Shown here: one piece after another, positions 7,192 through 14,539 of the stretch
Layout: each line of letters opens with the position of its first letter
Numbering within the stretch: the stretch's first letter is position 1
Source of the DNA: a virus
Lineage: Duplodnaviria > Caudoviricetes
Virus record (IMG/VR): IMGVR_UViG_3300022173_000059
Location: 1 to 38,155 of that record
Direction: 5' to 3' (one strand)
Length of the DNA stretch: 38,155 bases
Program-made: the position numbers and the translations under genes
The notes under the pieces: generated by a model
Database searches by the model: none
What the model saw: the letters and a program-made list of their open reading frames with translations, nothing else
What the model was told of the DNA's origin: nothing

Positions 7192-7454
7192 TTGATAGCC
7201 TCCCCCAGCAGCTTCACCGCCTTAGCAGCCGCACGCCGAACCTTTGCCGCATCGCCTGCTTTCTTGTCCACATACATAGAGTGCATGAGAAGTTGAACAG
7301 GTCGAGGAATCGGATACCGGCCAGATTCGTAGCTCGAACCCGAAGACTGGACAACGCCAAGCGACTGCCAGAACGGCCCTTGGTCCATGCCTGCTGCTGC
7401 CCTTACTTCTTTCGCTCGCTCGCCTGTGATCTCGTTTACGGGGTCTTTGGTCAT
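7188..7454 (-). CDS. XRE-family HTH transcriptional regulator
   Basis: RAAAGMDQGPFWQSLGVVQSSGSSYESGRYPIPRPV is an XRE HTH. No peptidase domain. Confidence 0.8.
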   Translation of the reverse strand: MTKDPVNEITGERAKEVRAAAGMDQGPFWQSLGVVQSSGSSYESGRYPIPRPVQLLMHSMYVDKKAGDAAKVRRAAAKAVKLLGEAIK

Positions 7455-7486
7455 CTTCTGTAGTCCATGTGGTTGGTGATGCCTGT

Positions 7487-7515
7487 ATTCTAAGGTGAAA
7501 AGAAAACATTCGCAA
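7487..7515 (-). promoter_or_regulatory. Sigma70 promoter for the XRE operon
   Basis: TTGCGA-N17-TAGAAT. Confidence 0.65.
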
Positions 7516-7577
7516 GGGATGCATAGAAACAAAAAATGCGGTATGCTTGAGGATCCAAAAACATGACAGGAGTAAGC

Positions 7578-8330
7578 ATGGAAAACGAAATCGTAGAGTC
7601 GCAACCGCGCCAGGTTGTGGCCCATCAGGTGAGCGACAGCGCTACGCTCATGAGTGCTATTGCACAAGCAGCAGCCAACCCAAACACTGACGTTGAAAAG
7701 ATGGAGCGGCTGTGGGCGATGCATGAAAAGATCGCTGCCCGTGACTCAGAGCGTGCATTCAACGATGCCATGTCCGCTGCGCAGTCCAGCATGGGCCGGA
7801 TCGCCGCTGACTCGGAGAACCCACAAACCCGCAGCGCCTACGCCAGCTATGCGCAACTTGACCGCCATGTGCGCCCGATCTACACAAAGAACGGGTTTTC
7901 CCTTAGCTTTAACACTGGCGATAGCGGAAAGGAAAACGAGCTTCGGGTTATTTGCTACGTGTCCCATGCGGCAGGCCACACCCGCACTTACACGGTCGAT
8001 ATGCCATCTGATGGCAAAGGCGCGAAGGGCGGTGATGTGATGACCAAGACGCACGCTACGGGTTCCGCCATGAGCTACGGATCGCGCTACCTGCTCAAAG
8101 CGATTTTCAACATCGCAGTTGGCGAGGGTGACGATGATGGAAACAAAGCCGGTAGCGACGGCAAGGAAAACGCTAAGTTGCAGGCTGGCCGCGATGCTGC
8201 AATGCAGGGGTTGGCAGAGCTAACTCTTTGGTGGCAAGGTCTGTCCAAGCGCGAGCAGCAATCCATGAATAGCGAATTCGGCGGGTTGCGCGTAGCCGCT
8301 CGCCGTGCTGATGAAGGGCGCGGAGCATGA
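7578..8330 (+). CDS. erf: ERF-family ssDNA annealing protein
   Basis: YASYAQLD..VRPI...GFSLSF, HAAGH and GSAMSYGSRYLL..IFNI ERF motifs. AGGAG RBS. Confidence 0.85.
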   Translation: MENEIVESQPRQVVAHQVSDSATLMSAIAQAAANPNTDVEKMERLWAMHEKIAARDSERAFNDAMSAAQSSMGRIAADSENPQTRSAYASYAQLDRHVRPIYTKNGFSLSFNTGDSGKENELRVICYVSHAAGHTRTYTVDMPSDGKGAKGGDVMTKTHATGSAMSYGSRYLLKAIFNIAVGEGDDDGNKAGSDGKENAKLQAGRDAAMQGLAELTLWWQGLSKREQQSMNSEFGGLRVAARRADEGRGA

Positions 8331-8992
8331 AGCGCGACATTCTGTTTCGGTGCAGCTCCATCGGAAAGCTGATGACGGAGCCTAAGACCAAGGCGGAAGG
8401 CCCGCTGTCTGTCGGTGCCAAAACCTACATTCGGACGCTGGTGGCCGAAGAACTGTTCGGGATTGATTTCGAGGTGTCCAGCAAGCCAATGGAAAAAGGC
8501 ATCCGCATGGAAGGCGAGGCGATTCAACTGCTGAACCGTGTTCGTGGATTTGACTTGGTGAAAAACACCGAGCGTCGATCAAATGAATGGATCAAGGGGG
8601 AGGCCGATCTTTTCAATGTTTCCAGCCTCCGAGGCCATGACCTTAAGTGTTCATGGTCGGTAGCGACGTTCCCAATCGTTACGCAGGACTGTATCGACAA
8701 GTTGTATGAATATCAGATGCGCGGGTACATGATGCTTTGGGGTGCGAAAGAGTGGGAGGTGAACTATGCCCTGCTTTCAACCCCGGAAGACCTGTGCAAG
8801 TGGGAGCCGCAGACCATGCACTTCGTTGACCACATCCCGGAGCATATGCGCCTGACAAGCTGGACCGTGGAGCATTGCCCAGACAAAGAAGCGGCCATGA
8901 TCGAAAAGATTAAGCACGCCAGAGAGTATTACCTTCAAGTCGTTGAAGAATTTGAAAGAACCCACCAATGCAAACCACTTACGTACTCCTGA
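8327..8992 (+). CDS. PD-(D/E)XK exonuclease (YqaJ/lambda-exo-like)
   Basis: FRCSS, GEAD, DLKCSW and YQMRGYM motifs. Adjacent to ERF. Confidence 0.75.
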   Translation: MKRDILFRCSSIGKLMTEPKTKAEGPLSVGAKTYIRTLVAEELFGIDFEVSSKPMEKGIRMEGEAIQLLNRVRGFDLVKNTERRSNEWIKGEADLFNVSSLRGHDLKCSWSVATFPIVTQDCIDKLYEYQMRGYMMLWGAKEWEVNYALLSTPEDLCKWEPQTMHFVDHIPEHMRLTSWTVEHCPDKEAAMIEKIKHAREYYLQVVEEFERTHQCKPLTYS

Positions 8993-9171
8993 AAATAGAG
9001 CACTCAAAACCTATCGACGCCCTGACAGACATTTCTGCTAGCCGCGTCTACACCTTGAACAACGTGGATGACGTGACGGCAAGCCTAGTGACTCCAGTAG
9101 ACATGTTCGGCATGGCTGGAAAGGTTTACTTGTCTCACGACAGGGATTGGGAGAAAAAGATTGGCGCGTAA
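8968..9171 (+). CDS. Hypothetical protein
   Basis: 67-aa ORF filling the operon. Confidence 0.6.
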   Translation: MQTTYVLLKIEHSKPIDALTDISASRVYTLNNVDDVTASLVTPVDMFGMAGKVYLSHDRDWEKKIGA

Positions 9172-9706
9172 GAAGATCGACTGCGGTCCACCTGTTGAGC
9201 TGTCCAACCCCCGCATGCTGGCGTACATCAACCAGAAATGCCACATCTGCGAAGAGTGCGGCGAAAAGAGCCATTGGCCTGGAGCTAAGAACGAAAGCGG
9301 CGTTTACCCGCTCAGGATCAACCAAAAGACGTATTCCGTGCGTCGAGTTGTGTATGAGCTAAACGGGAAGAAGCTGCAAAAAGGCGGAATGATCGTGACG
9401 AAGTGCCACAACCACCGGTGCATGAACACTGCGCTATTTCGGCAGGTCCGCATGGACTACATCGTGCGAGAGGCCCAGCGCGCCGGCACCCTGAGAACAA
9501 AGGCCATCAACCGGAAGATCGCGGAAACCAAGCGCCTTGCCGGGAAGATCACCCAAGACGCCGCAGACTCGATTCGGATGGATGACAGACGATCTGCCGA
9601 TGTTGCTGCCGAGCATGGAATCAGTGACTCCTACGTGCGCGCCATCCGTGCAGGCCATGCGCGAAAGTGCTACGCCGTAACGCCTTTCGCTGGGTTGATG
9701 GGGTAG
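9161..9706 (+). CDS. Degenerate HNH-like protein with C-terminal HTH
   Basis: RRVVYEL...KCHNHRCMN resembles HNH but lacks the usual His residues. SADVAAEHGISDSYVRAIR is HTH-like. Confidence 0.6.
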   Translation: MARKKIDCGPPVELSNPRMLAYINQKCHICEECGEKSHWPGAKNESGVYPLRINQKTYSVRRVVYELNGKKLQKGGMIVTKCHNHRCMNTALFRQVRMDYIVREAQRAGTLRTKAINRKIAETKRLAGKITQDAADSIRMDDRRSADVAAEHGISDSYVRAIRAGHARKCYAVTPFAGLMG

Positions 9707-9728
9707 GCGACGAACGGCATGATTATTC

Positions 9729-9758
9729 TTGCGCGATGCTGAGATATTCGGATATGAT
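9729..9758 (+). promoter_or_regulatory. Putative promoter upstream of the mom-like operon
   Basis: TTGCGC-N18-TATGAT. Confidence 0.45.
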
Positions 9759-9798
9759 TCAGTCATCGCAGCACGAAATGATTTTTGAAAGGCACATC

Positions 9799-9942
9799 AT
9801 GAACGCAGCAGCAGTTTACGTTTTCCGCGACGAGGCTTGCATGGCCTTCGGCTTCACAATGACGGCCGCTTACTTCAAAACCATGGAAGCCGCACAGGCT
9901 TACGCAAAAAACCACACATTCTGCAAAGTGGTTTCGCTCTAA
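9799..9942 (+). CDS. Small hypothetical protein (47 aa)
   Basis: ATG 9799 behind GAAAGG. MNAAAVYVFRDE... Confidence 0.55.
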   Translation: MNAAAVYVFRDEACMAFGFTMTAAYFKTMEAAQAYAKNHTFCKVVSL

Positions 9943-9945
9943 ACG

Positions 9946-9969
9946 GACAACACCAGCAGCAAGCCGGAC
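9946..9969 (+). repeat. 24-bp direct repeat, copy 1
   Basis: GACAACACCAGCAGCAAGCCGGAC, 23/24 identical to 10669-10692. Confidence 0.9.
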
Positions 9970-9989
9970 ACCATTACCAAGGAAATATA

Positions 9990-10670
9990 TTGAAAGTCGT
10001 TCCTATCACCAAAAAGCAGGCCGACGTGTTCGTGACGCAGAAGCACTACAGTCGCCGCGCTTCGATTTTTTGGGCCGGCTTCGGCTTGGAAATTGACGGC
10101 AAGATTGAGGGCGTTTGCGTCTATGGCCAGCCATCGCCGCCAATCCAGCGTCATGCGTTCAAAGACCGCGATTTCCGACTGTATGAACTGGCGCGGCTTG
10201 TCGTTCAGACCGGCGAGAAAAATGCGGCGTCATTTTTGGTGGGGCGATCCTTGCAGATGCTGGAAAGTCCTTGCGCCGTCGTAAGCTACGCCGACACTGA
10301 ACACGGGCACGCCGGCATCATCTACCAAGCAACGAACTGGATTTACACCGGGGCCACCAAGTCACACGATCACGCATATATCGTTGACGGGAAGCGCGTT
10401 CATCCCATGACGCTGCGCGACCGTGGAATAACGGACCCGAAGCGATGGGCGGCTGAAAACAAGATTGAGACAGCGCCGCCGATGCAAAAACACCGATACT
10501 TTTTCGCCTGCGGGAACAAGGCGCAAAAGAAATCCATTCTTACGCGTCTCAACTACCCAGCGAATGACAACTACCCGAAGCTGCCAAAAAGCATGTACGA
10601 CGCCGGCCCTCACATTCTGATGGCGGCGAACGACAACACACCCGCGCAATCGGCGCTGAACATCGCCTGA
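9990..10670 (+). CDS. mom: Mom-family (GNAT-fold) DNA adenine modification protein
   Basis: KHYS, YELARL and VVSYAD..HGH.GIIYQATNWIYTG signature. TTG start at 9990 behind AAGGA. Confidence 0.8.
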   Translation: MKVVPITKKQADVFVTQKHYSRRASIFWAGFGLEIDGKIEGVCVYGQPSPPIQRHAFKDRDFRLYELARLVVQTGEKNAASFLVGRSLQMLESPCAVVSYADTEHGHAGIIYQATNWIYTGATKSHDHAYIVDGKRVHPMTLRDRGITDPKRWAAENKIETAPPMQKHRYFFACGNKAQKKSILTRLNYPANDNYPKLPKSMYDAGPHILMAANDNTPAQSALNIA

Positions 10671-10692
10671 CAGCACCAGCAGCAAGCCGGAC
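10669..10692 (+). repeat. 24-bp direct repeat, copy 2
   Basis: GACAGCACCAGCAGCAAGCCGGAC. It runs into the hairpin GCAAGCCG/CGGCTTGC. Confidence 0.9.
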
Positions 10693-10732
10693 GCAGACGG
10701 CTTGCACAACCTAAAACGACAGGAGAAAAGAC

Positions 10733-11113
10733 ATGAACGAAAAAGCAGCGCCTATCAAAGTTACCGGAGCGATTGGAGCTTGGTGCACCAGTGACTACGA
10801 TATGGGCACATTGATGCGTGCCCTTGAGGATGGCAATCAACAAAAGGCTGTGAATACCATTTATTACAGTTGTCAGGACATGGCATCGGAAGGATGGGTA
10901 AAGGTCGGCATTGCAACAATCGAGGTCGAAATCGCGCCAATCGAAGAACTACAGAGCCAGCAACTTGCCACGCTGGTCGCCCAGCTTGAGAAAGAGCGCG
11001 CAGACAGCATGGTCCGGCAGAACGAACTGACGGACAAAATCAGCAAATTGCAGGCGCTCTCGTACAGTGGACCGTTTGTCGATCCGGGCCTTGTTGACGA
11101 ATGCCCGTTCTGA
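10733..11113 (+). CDS. Hypothetical protein with coiled coil
   Basis: 126 aa, AGGAG RBS. Confidence 0.75.
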   Translation: MNEKAAPIKVTGAIGAWCTSDYDMGTLMRALEDGNQQKAVNTIYYSCQDMASEGWVKVGIATIEVEIAPIEELQSQQLATLVAQLEKERADSMVRQNELTDKISKLQALSYSGPFVDPGLVDECPF

Positions 11114-11114
11114 C

Positions 11115-11582
11115 ATGACCAGAAAGCGCACAGTACGCAAGGTGTGGAAAAAGCTGGACGCGGTATCCCACGCTATCGCTGGAGCCTCGATCACACCCAG
11201 GGTGGAGCTAGACAAACTACTGATGCGCGAGCTTTCCGCTTTGGATGACATGACCAAGGGAAAAGCCAGCCTGCAACAGTGGTTTGACCTGGCAAACGTG
11301 GTTAATCTATGCGAAACCCTGGCGCATGAGAAAGTCGGGGCTGAGGCCAAGGAATCGTGCGGTATTGCACAGGATTCTTTGATTGAGGCGGCGAAGCGGT
11401 TTCAGGACACCAAGCGCATGGGTCTGTCGGGGATTGGCATTCAGGCGGTGCGAAATGTCATCGAATTTCACGACCTACAGCGCTCCAGCATCCCGCGCAG
11501 CCAGTACGAGGCCATCATCCGACTTACTGCCGCCCGGGTGAAGAGCGGGTATGCGACAGTTGATATTGGAGAATTGACATGA
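11115..11582 (+). CDS. Conserved phage hypothetical protein
   Basis: MTRKRTVRKVW..., 155-aa helical protein. Confidence 0.75.
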   Translation: MTRKRTVRKVWKKLDAVSHAIAGASITPRVELDKLLMRELSALDDMTKGKASLQQWFDLANVVNLCETLAHEKVGAEAKESCGIAQDSLIEAAKRFQDTKRMGLSGIGIQAVRNVIEFHDLQRSSIPRSQYEAIIRLTAARVKSGYATVDIGELT

Positions 11583-11749
11583 AGACGCTATTCGAGAAGA
11601 TGCGAAACAACCGACCTAAATTGGTATTGGCAAAGAAACGCCCTGAAAAACCTGCTCTGTTTACTGCAAGGATGATGAGCGAGGAATATCACCGCGTTTA
11701 TGATGGATTTATGAAAGAAAGCAATAATGCATGGAGAAATCGTATGTGA
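11579..11749 (+). CDS. Hypothetical basic protein (56 aa, not in ORF track)
   Basis: ATGA overlap, GGAG RBS. MKTLFEKMRNNRPKLVLAKK... Confidence 0.5.
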   Translation: MKTLFEKMRNNRPKLVLAKKRPEKPALFTARMMSEEYHRVYDGFMKESNNAWRNRM

Positions 11750-11762
11750 TGGACCATGAAGA

Positions 11763-11830
11763 CTTCGGATTTGACCATAAGCACGCTAACCACGAGGTAA
11801 ATCGTGTTGATGCTTGTTAGCAGTCCGAAG
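11763..11830 (+). other. Long imperfect hairpin preceding the tRNA-like RNA
   Basis: CTTCGGA/TCCGAAG, TAAGCA/TGCTTG and CACGA/TCGTG nested stems. Confidence 0.6.
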
Positions 11831-11833
11831 CCT

Positions 11834-11992
11834 TGATGGTGAATGCGCAGGCTGATGCGCAGATTGCTACGGGCAGCTAGAGAGACGATTGTGACTAAGG
11901 CGCTTACTAGTCCAGCGCGCGAAGGCAAACCGACTGGGTGTTCGTCCGCCTAAGTAGCAACGCCGGATATCAGCACCGGCCACCATCAACCA
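11834..11992 (+). ncRNA. tRNA-like structured RNA with kissing loops and ACCA end
   Basis: Stems TGATGGTG/CACCATCA+ACCA, TGCGCA/TGCGCA, TTGCTAC/GTAGCAA and GCCGG/CCGGC. GCTGAT and ATCAGC in the two loop regions are complementary. Confidence 0.7.
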
Positions 11993-12083
11993 ATTACCCA
12001 AACCAATTAATTGCGCTATCATTCCCGGGCCGACCGTGCGGCTTCCACGGGTCGCCTACGGGCAGTGATAAGCGGGATTAGCG

Positions 12084-12332
12084 ATGCGATTTGTTCCAAA
12101 CTGGCTGCACAGCCGACTTATTCGTTTTCGCTGGTATCGACGCCAGTGCGGAATCCCAGAGGTTAGCCACACCATTCTAGAGATTACTCGCGCGTCTTTG
12201 CGAATTCTGGAAGCCAACCTCAAGTTCGCAGAGAACATTCAGCGCGAGTATCCTACGGATGGCAAAGCGGGCGGGATGATTTCCATCGCAAAACCTCCTC
12301 GATATACCGTTAGGACTGGGGTGGCTAAATGA
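12084..12332 (+). CDS. Small protein containing a paralog of the major capsid N-terminus
   Basis: SLRILEANLKFAENIQREY...ISIAKPPRYTVRTG aligns with coat SLAILENMLGFSKNVNRDY...INIKRPPRYTYRAG. The stop overlaps the terS ATG. Confidence 0.75.
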   Translation: MRFVPNWLHSRLIRFRWYRRQCGIPEVSHTILEITRASLRILEANLKFAENIQREYPTDGKAGGMISIAKPPRYTVRTGVAK

Positions 12333-12802
12333 CAGCGGGACGCCCAACCAAATACAAACTGGAGTACGTCGCACAAGCCGCTAAGCTTTGCCAATTGGGA
12401 GCCACAGACGCGCAACTGGCTGATTTCTTTGAGGTTTCTCTTAGTACTATCAGCTTATGGAAGGTGGAGCACACTGAATTTTCGGACGCCATAAAAATCC
12501 CAAAGGATCAGGCCAACGAGCGAGTTGCCCAAAGCCTTTACCGTCGTGCCATGGGGTATGAGCATGACGAGGTGGATATTAAGGTGGTGGACAAAGAGAT
12601 TGTCATCACGCCGATACGCAAGTATTACCCGCCTGATTCAACGGCCATGATCTTTTGGCTCAAGAATCGCCAGCCGGACCAATGGCGGGATAAAACAGAG
12701 GTTTCTGGGGAAATGCGCGTCATTAGCGCAACCGACCTAAAAGACGATGAACTCGCCGCTATCGCCACAAGCAGCAGCAGCGGAACTGTTAGCAAGGCGT
12801 AA
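12329..12802 (+). CDS. terS: Terminase small subunit
   Basis: GRPTKY, GATDAQLADFFEV HTH and AMIFWLKNR..QWRDK motifs. Precedes terL. Confidence 0.85.
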   Translation: MTAGRPTKYKLEYVAQAAKLCQLGATDAQLADFFEVSLSTISLWKVEHTEFSDAIKIPKDQANERVAQSLYRRAMGYEHDEVDIKVVDKEIVITPIRKYYPPDSTAMIFWLKNRQPDQWRDKTEVSGEMRVISATDLKDDELAAIATSSSSGTVSKA

Positions 12803-14168
12803 GGCGCGGGCTGGTCTGCTCGGGTTCACTGAGTACACCAATTCCGCTTACGCCGCTGCGCCGCACCATACGCTGATCTCTGAAAAGCTTGAGGCTGTTG
12901 AGCGGGGAGAGATTAAGCGCCTGATGATCTGCATGCCGCCAAGGCACGGGAAGTCTGAGCTTGCCTCGCGTCGGTTCCCGGCCTGGTTCCTTGGCAGGAA
13001 TAGCGGTAAGCAAATCATTGCCGCCTCATATAACGCGGATCTGGCTAATGACTTTGGCCGTGAGGTGCGCAACATCGTAGACAGCAACGAGTTTCGGGCG
13101 CTGTTCGATGCCAGCCTATCCGAAGACTCAAGGGCTGCTAACAGGTGGCACACGAACGGCGGTGGCATGTACGTCGCTGCCGGTGTTGGCACTGCGGTTA
13201 CTGGCCGTGGCGCTGACGTGCTGTTGATTGATGACCCATTCAAAGATCGTGAGGAAGCCGACAGCGAGCTTAGACGCCAGCGGGTTTGGGATTGGTACAC
13301 ATCCACGGCTTACACGCGCCTGATGCCTGGAGGGGCTATCGTGGTCATCAATACCCGATGGCACGACGATGATCTATCGGGAAAGCTTCTCGCGCAACAG
13401 GATGATGGTGGCGATCAATGGGAGGTCTTGAGCCTGCCAGCCATCAACAAAGACTATGAGGCGCTTTGGCCGGAATGGTATCCAATTGACCGATTGGAGC
13501 AAATTAAGGCGGTCTTGCCCGCGCGTGATTGGAATGCCTTGTATCAACAGAACCCGATTCCCGACGATGGCGACTACTTCAAAACCGATTGGTTTGGTGA
13601 ATACGACGAGTTGCCGCCGAACCTGCGCATGTTTGGGGCTAGTGACTCGGCTGTGACCGATGGCGCTGGGGACTTCTCCGAGCATGGAATAGCGGGAGTT
13701 GATGCCAACAATAACATCTACGTGGTCGATTGGTGGTATGGGCAATCAGCTTCAAACGTCTGGATTGAGAGCCAATGTGACCTGATTGTTAAGCACTCGC
13801 CTATTTGCTGGTTCGGTGAGGCTGGCCCTATTAGGCGGGCAATTGAGCCGTTTTTGATGATGCGAATGCAACAACGGGAAGCCTATTGCCGTATAGAATG
13901 GCTCCCGAGCATTGCCGACAAGCCAACGCGAGCCAGGCCAATCCAAGCAATGGCAAGCATGGGCAAGGTATTTTTGCCTAAGCGCGCACCATGGAAAGAT
14001 CGGCTTTTGAACCAATTGCTGCGATTCCCAGCGGGTAAATTCGATGATGCGGTGGACGTGATGAGCCTATTTGGCCGTGGCCTGGAGCACATGAAGGGGC
14101 CGAAGCGTAAGCGCCAGCAATCAGAGGACAAGCCTAATTTCTATGGACAACAAGGTTGGATGAGTTGA
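12747..14168 (+). CDS. terL: Terminase large subunit
   Basis: MPPRHGKS Walker A, LLIDD Walker B, TRWH motif, C-terminal nuclease with DDAVD. Confidence 0.95.
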   Translation: MNSPLSPQAAAAELLARRKARAGLLGFTEYTNSAYAAAPHHTLISEKLEAVERGEIKRLMICMPPRHGKSELASRRFPAWFLGRNSGKQIIAASYNADLANDFGREVRNIVDSNEFRALFDASLSEDSRAANRWHTNGGGMYVAAGVGTAVTGRGADVLLIDDPFKDREEADSELRRQRVWDWYTSTAYTRLMPGGAIVVINTRWHDDDLSGKLLAQQDDGGDQWEVLSLPAINKDYEALWPEWYPIDRLEQIKAVLPARDWNALYQQNPIPDDGDYFKTDWFGEYDELPPNLRMFGASDSAVTDGAGDFSEHGIAGVDANNNIYVVDWWYGQSASNVWIESQCDLIVKHSPICWFGEAGPIRRAIEPFLMMRMQQREAYCRIEWLPSIADKPTRARPIQAMASMGKVFLPKRAPWKDRLLNQLLRFPAGKFDDAVDVMSLFGRGLEHMKGPKRKRQQSEDKPNFYGQQGWMS

Positions 14169-14539
14169 TGAAAACCGATTGGTCTAACGAGCACGCAAGC
14201 TGCAAGGTAACGCAGAACCCGGACCTTCCGGCCCACATGGACAGGGTTCGGGAGATTTCCCGCGTTTGGACCGACCCAAAGCACCGCAAGCAAGGGTTTG
14301 CAACCGAGCTTATGAAGGCTGTGACTGATGAGGCTGACATCCTCGGCATTGTGCTGATTCTCCAGCCATTGAATTGGGGGCGGTCTGGTGGAATTAGATC
14401 GCCTAAAGACTTGGAGGCCTGGTACAAGCGCTTTGGCTTCGTGAAGACCCAGAACAACCCCGTATTGATGGCCCGCGCTCCTGAGTTCCGGGCGACCATC
14501 AAGGAAACCGCCTACGCGATTGGATTACAACGTGGCTAA
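14168..14539 (+). CDS. GNAT-family acetyltransferase
   Basis: VWTDPKHRKQGFATELM acetyl-CoA motif A and WYKRFGF motif B. Confidence 0.8.
   Translation: MKTDWSNEHASCKVTQNPDLPAHMDRVREISRVWTDPKHRKQGFATELMKAVTDEADILGIVLILQPLNWGRSGGIRSPKDLEAWYKRFGFVKTQNNPVLMARAPEFRATIKETAYAIGLQRG

Noticed and set aside
7455-7724. 178-aa N-terminally extended XRE ORF
   Set aside because: The extension crosses the divergent promoter region and overlaps erf. ATG 7454 fits the promoter.
9837-9989. 277-aa version of the Mom ORF
   Set aside because: The extension overlaps a better small gene and the repeat. The TTG at 9990 has an RBS and the domain begins there.
11834-11992. Canonical tRNA, intron-containing tRNA or tmRNA
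   Set aside because: No TTC T-loop, no D-loop consensus and no anticodon loop. It is too short for tmRNA and has no tag ORF. Kept as a tRNA-like ncRNA.
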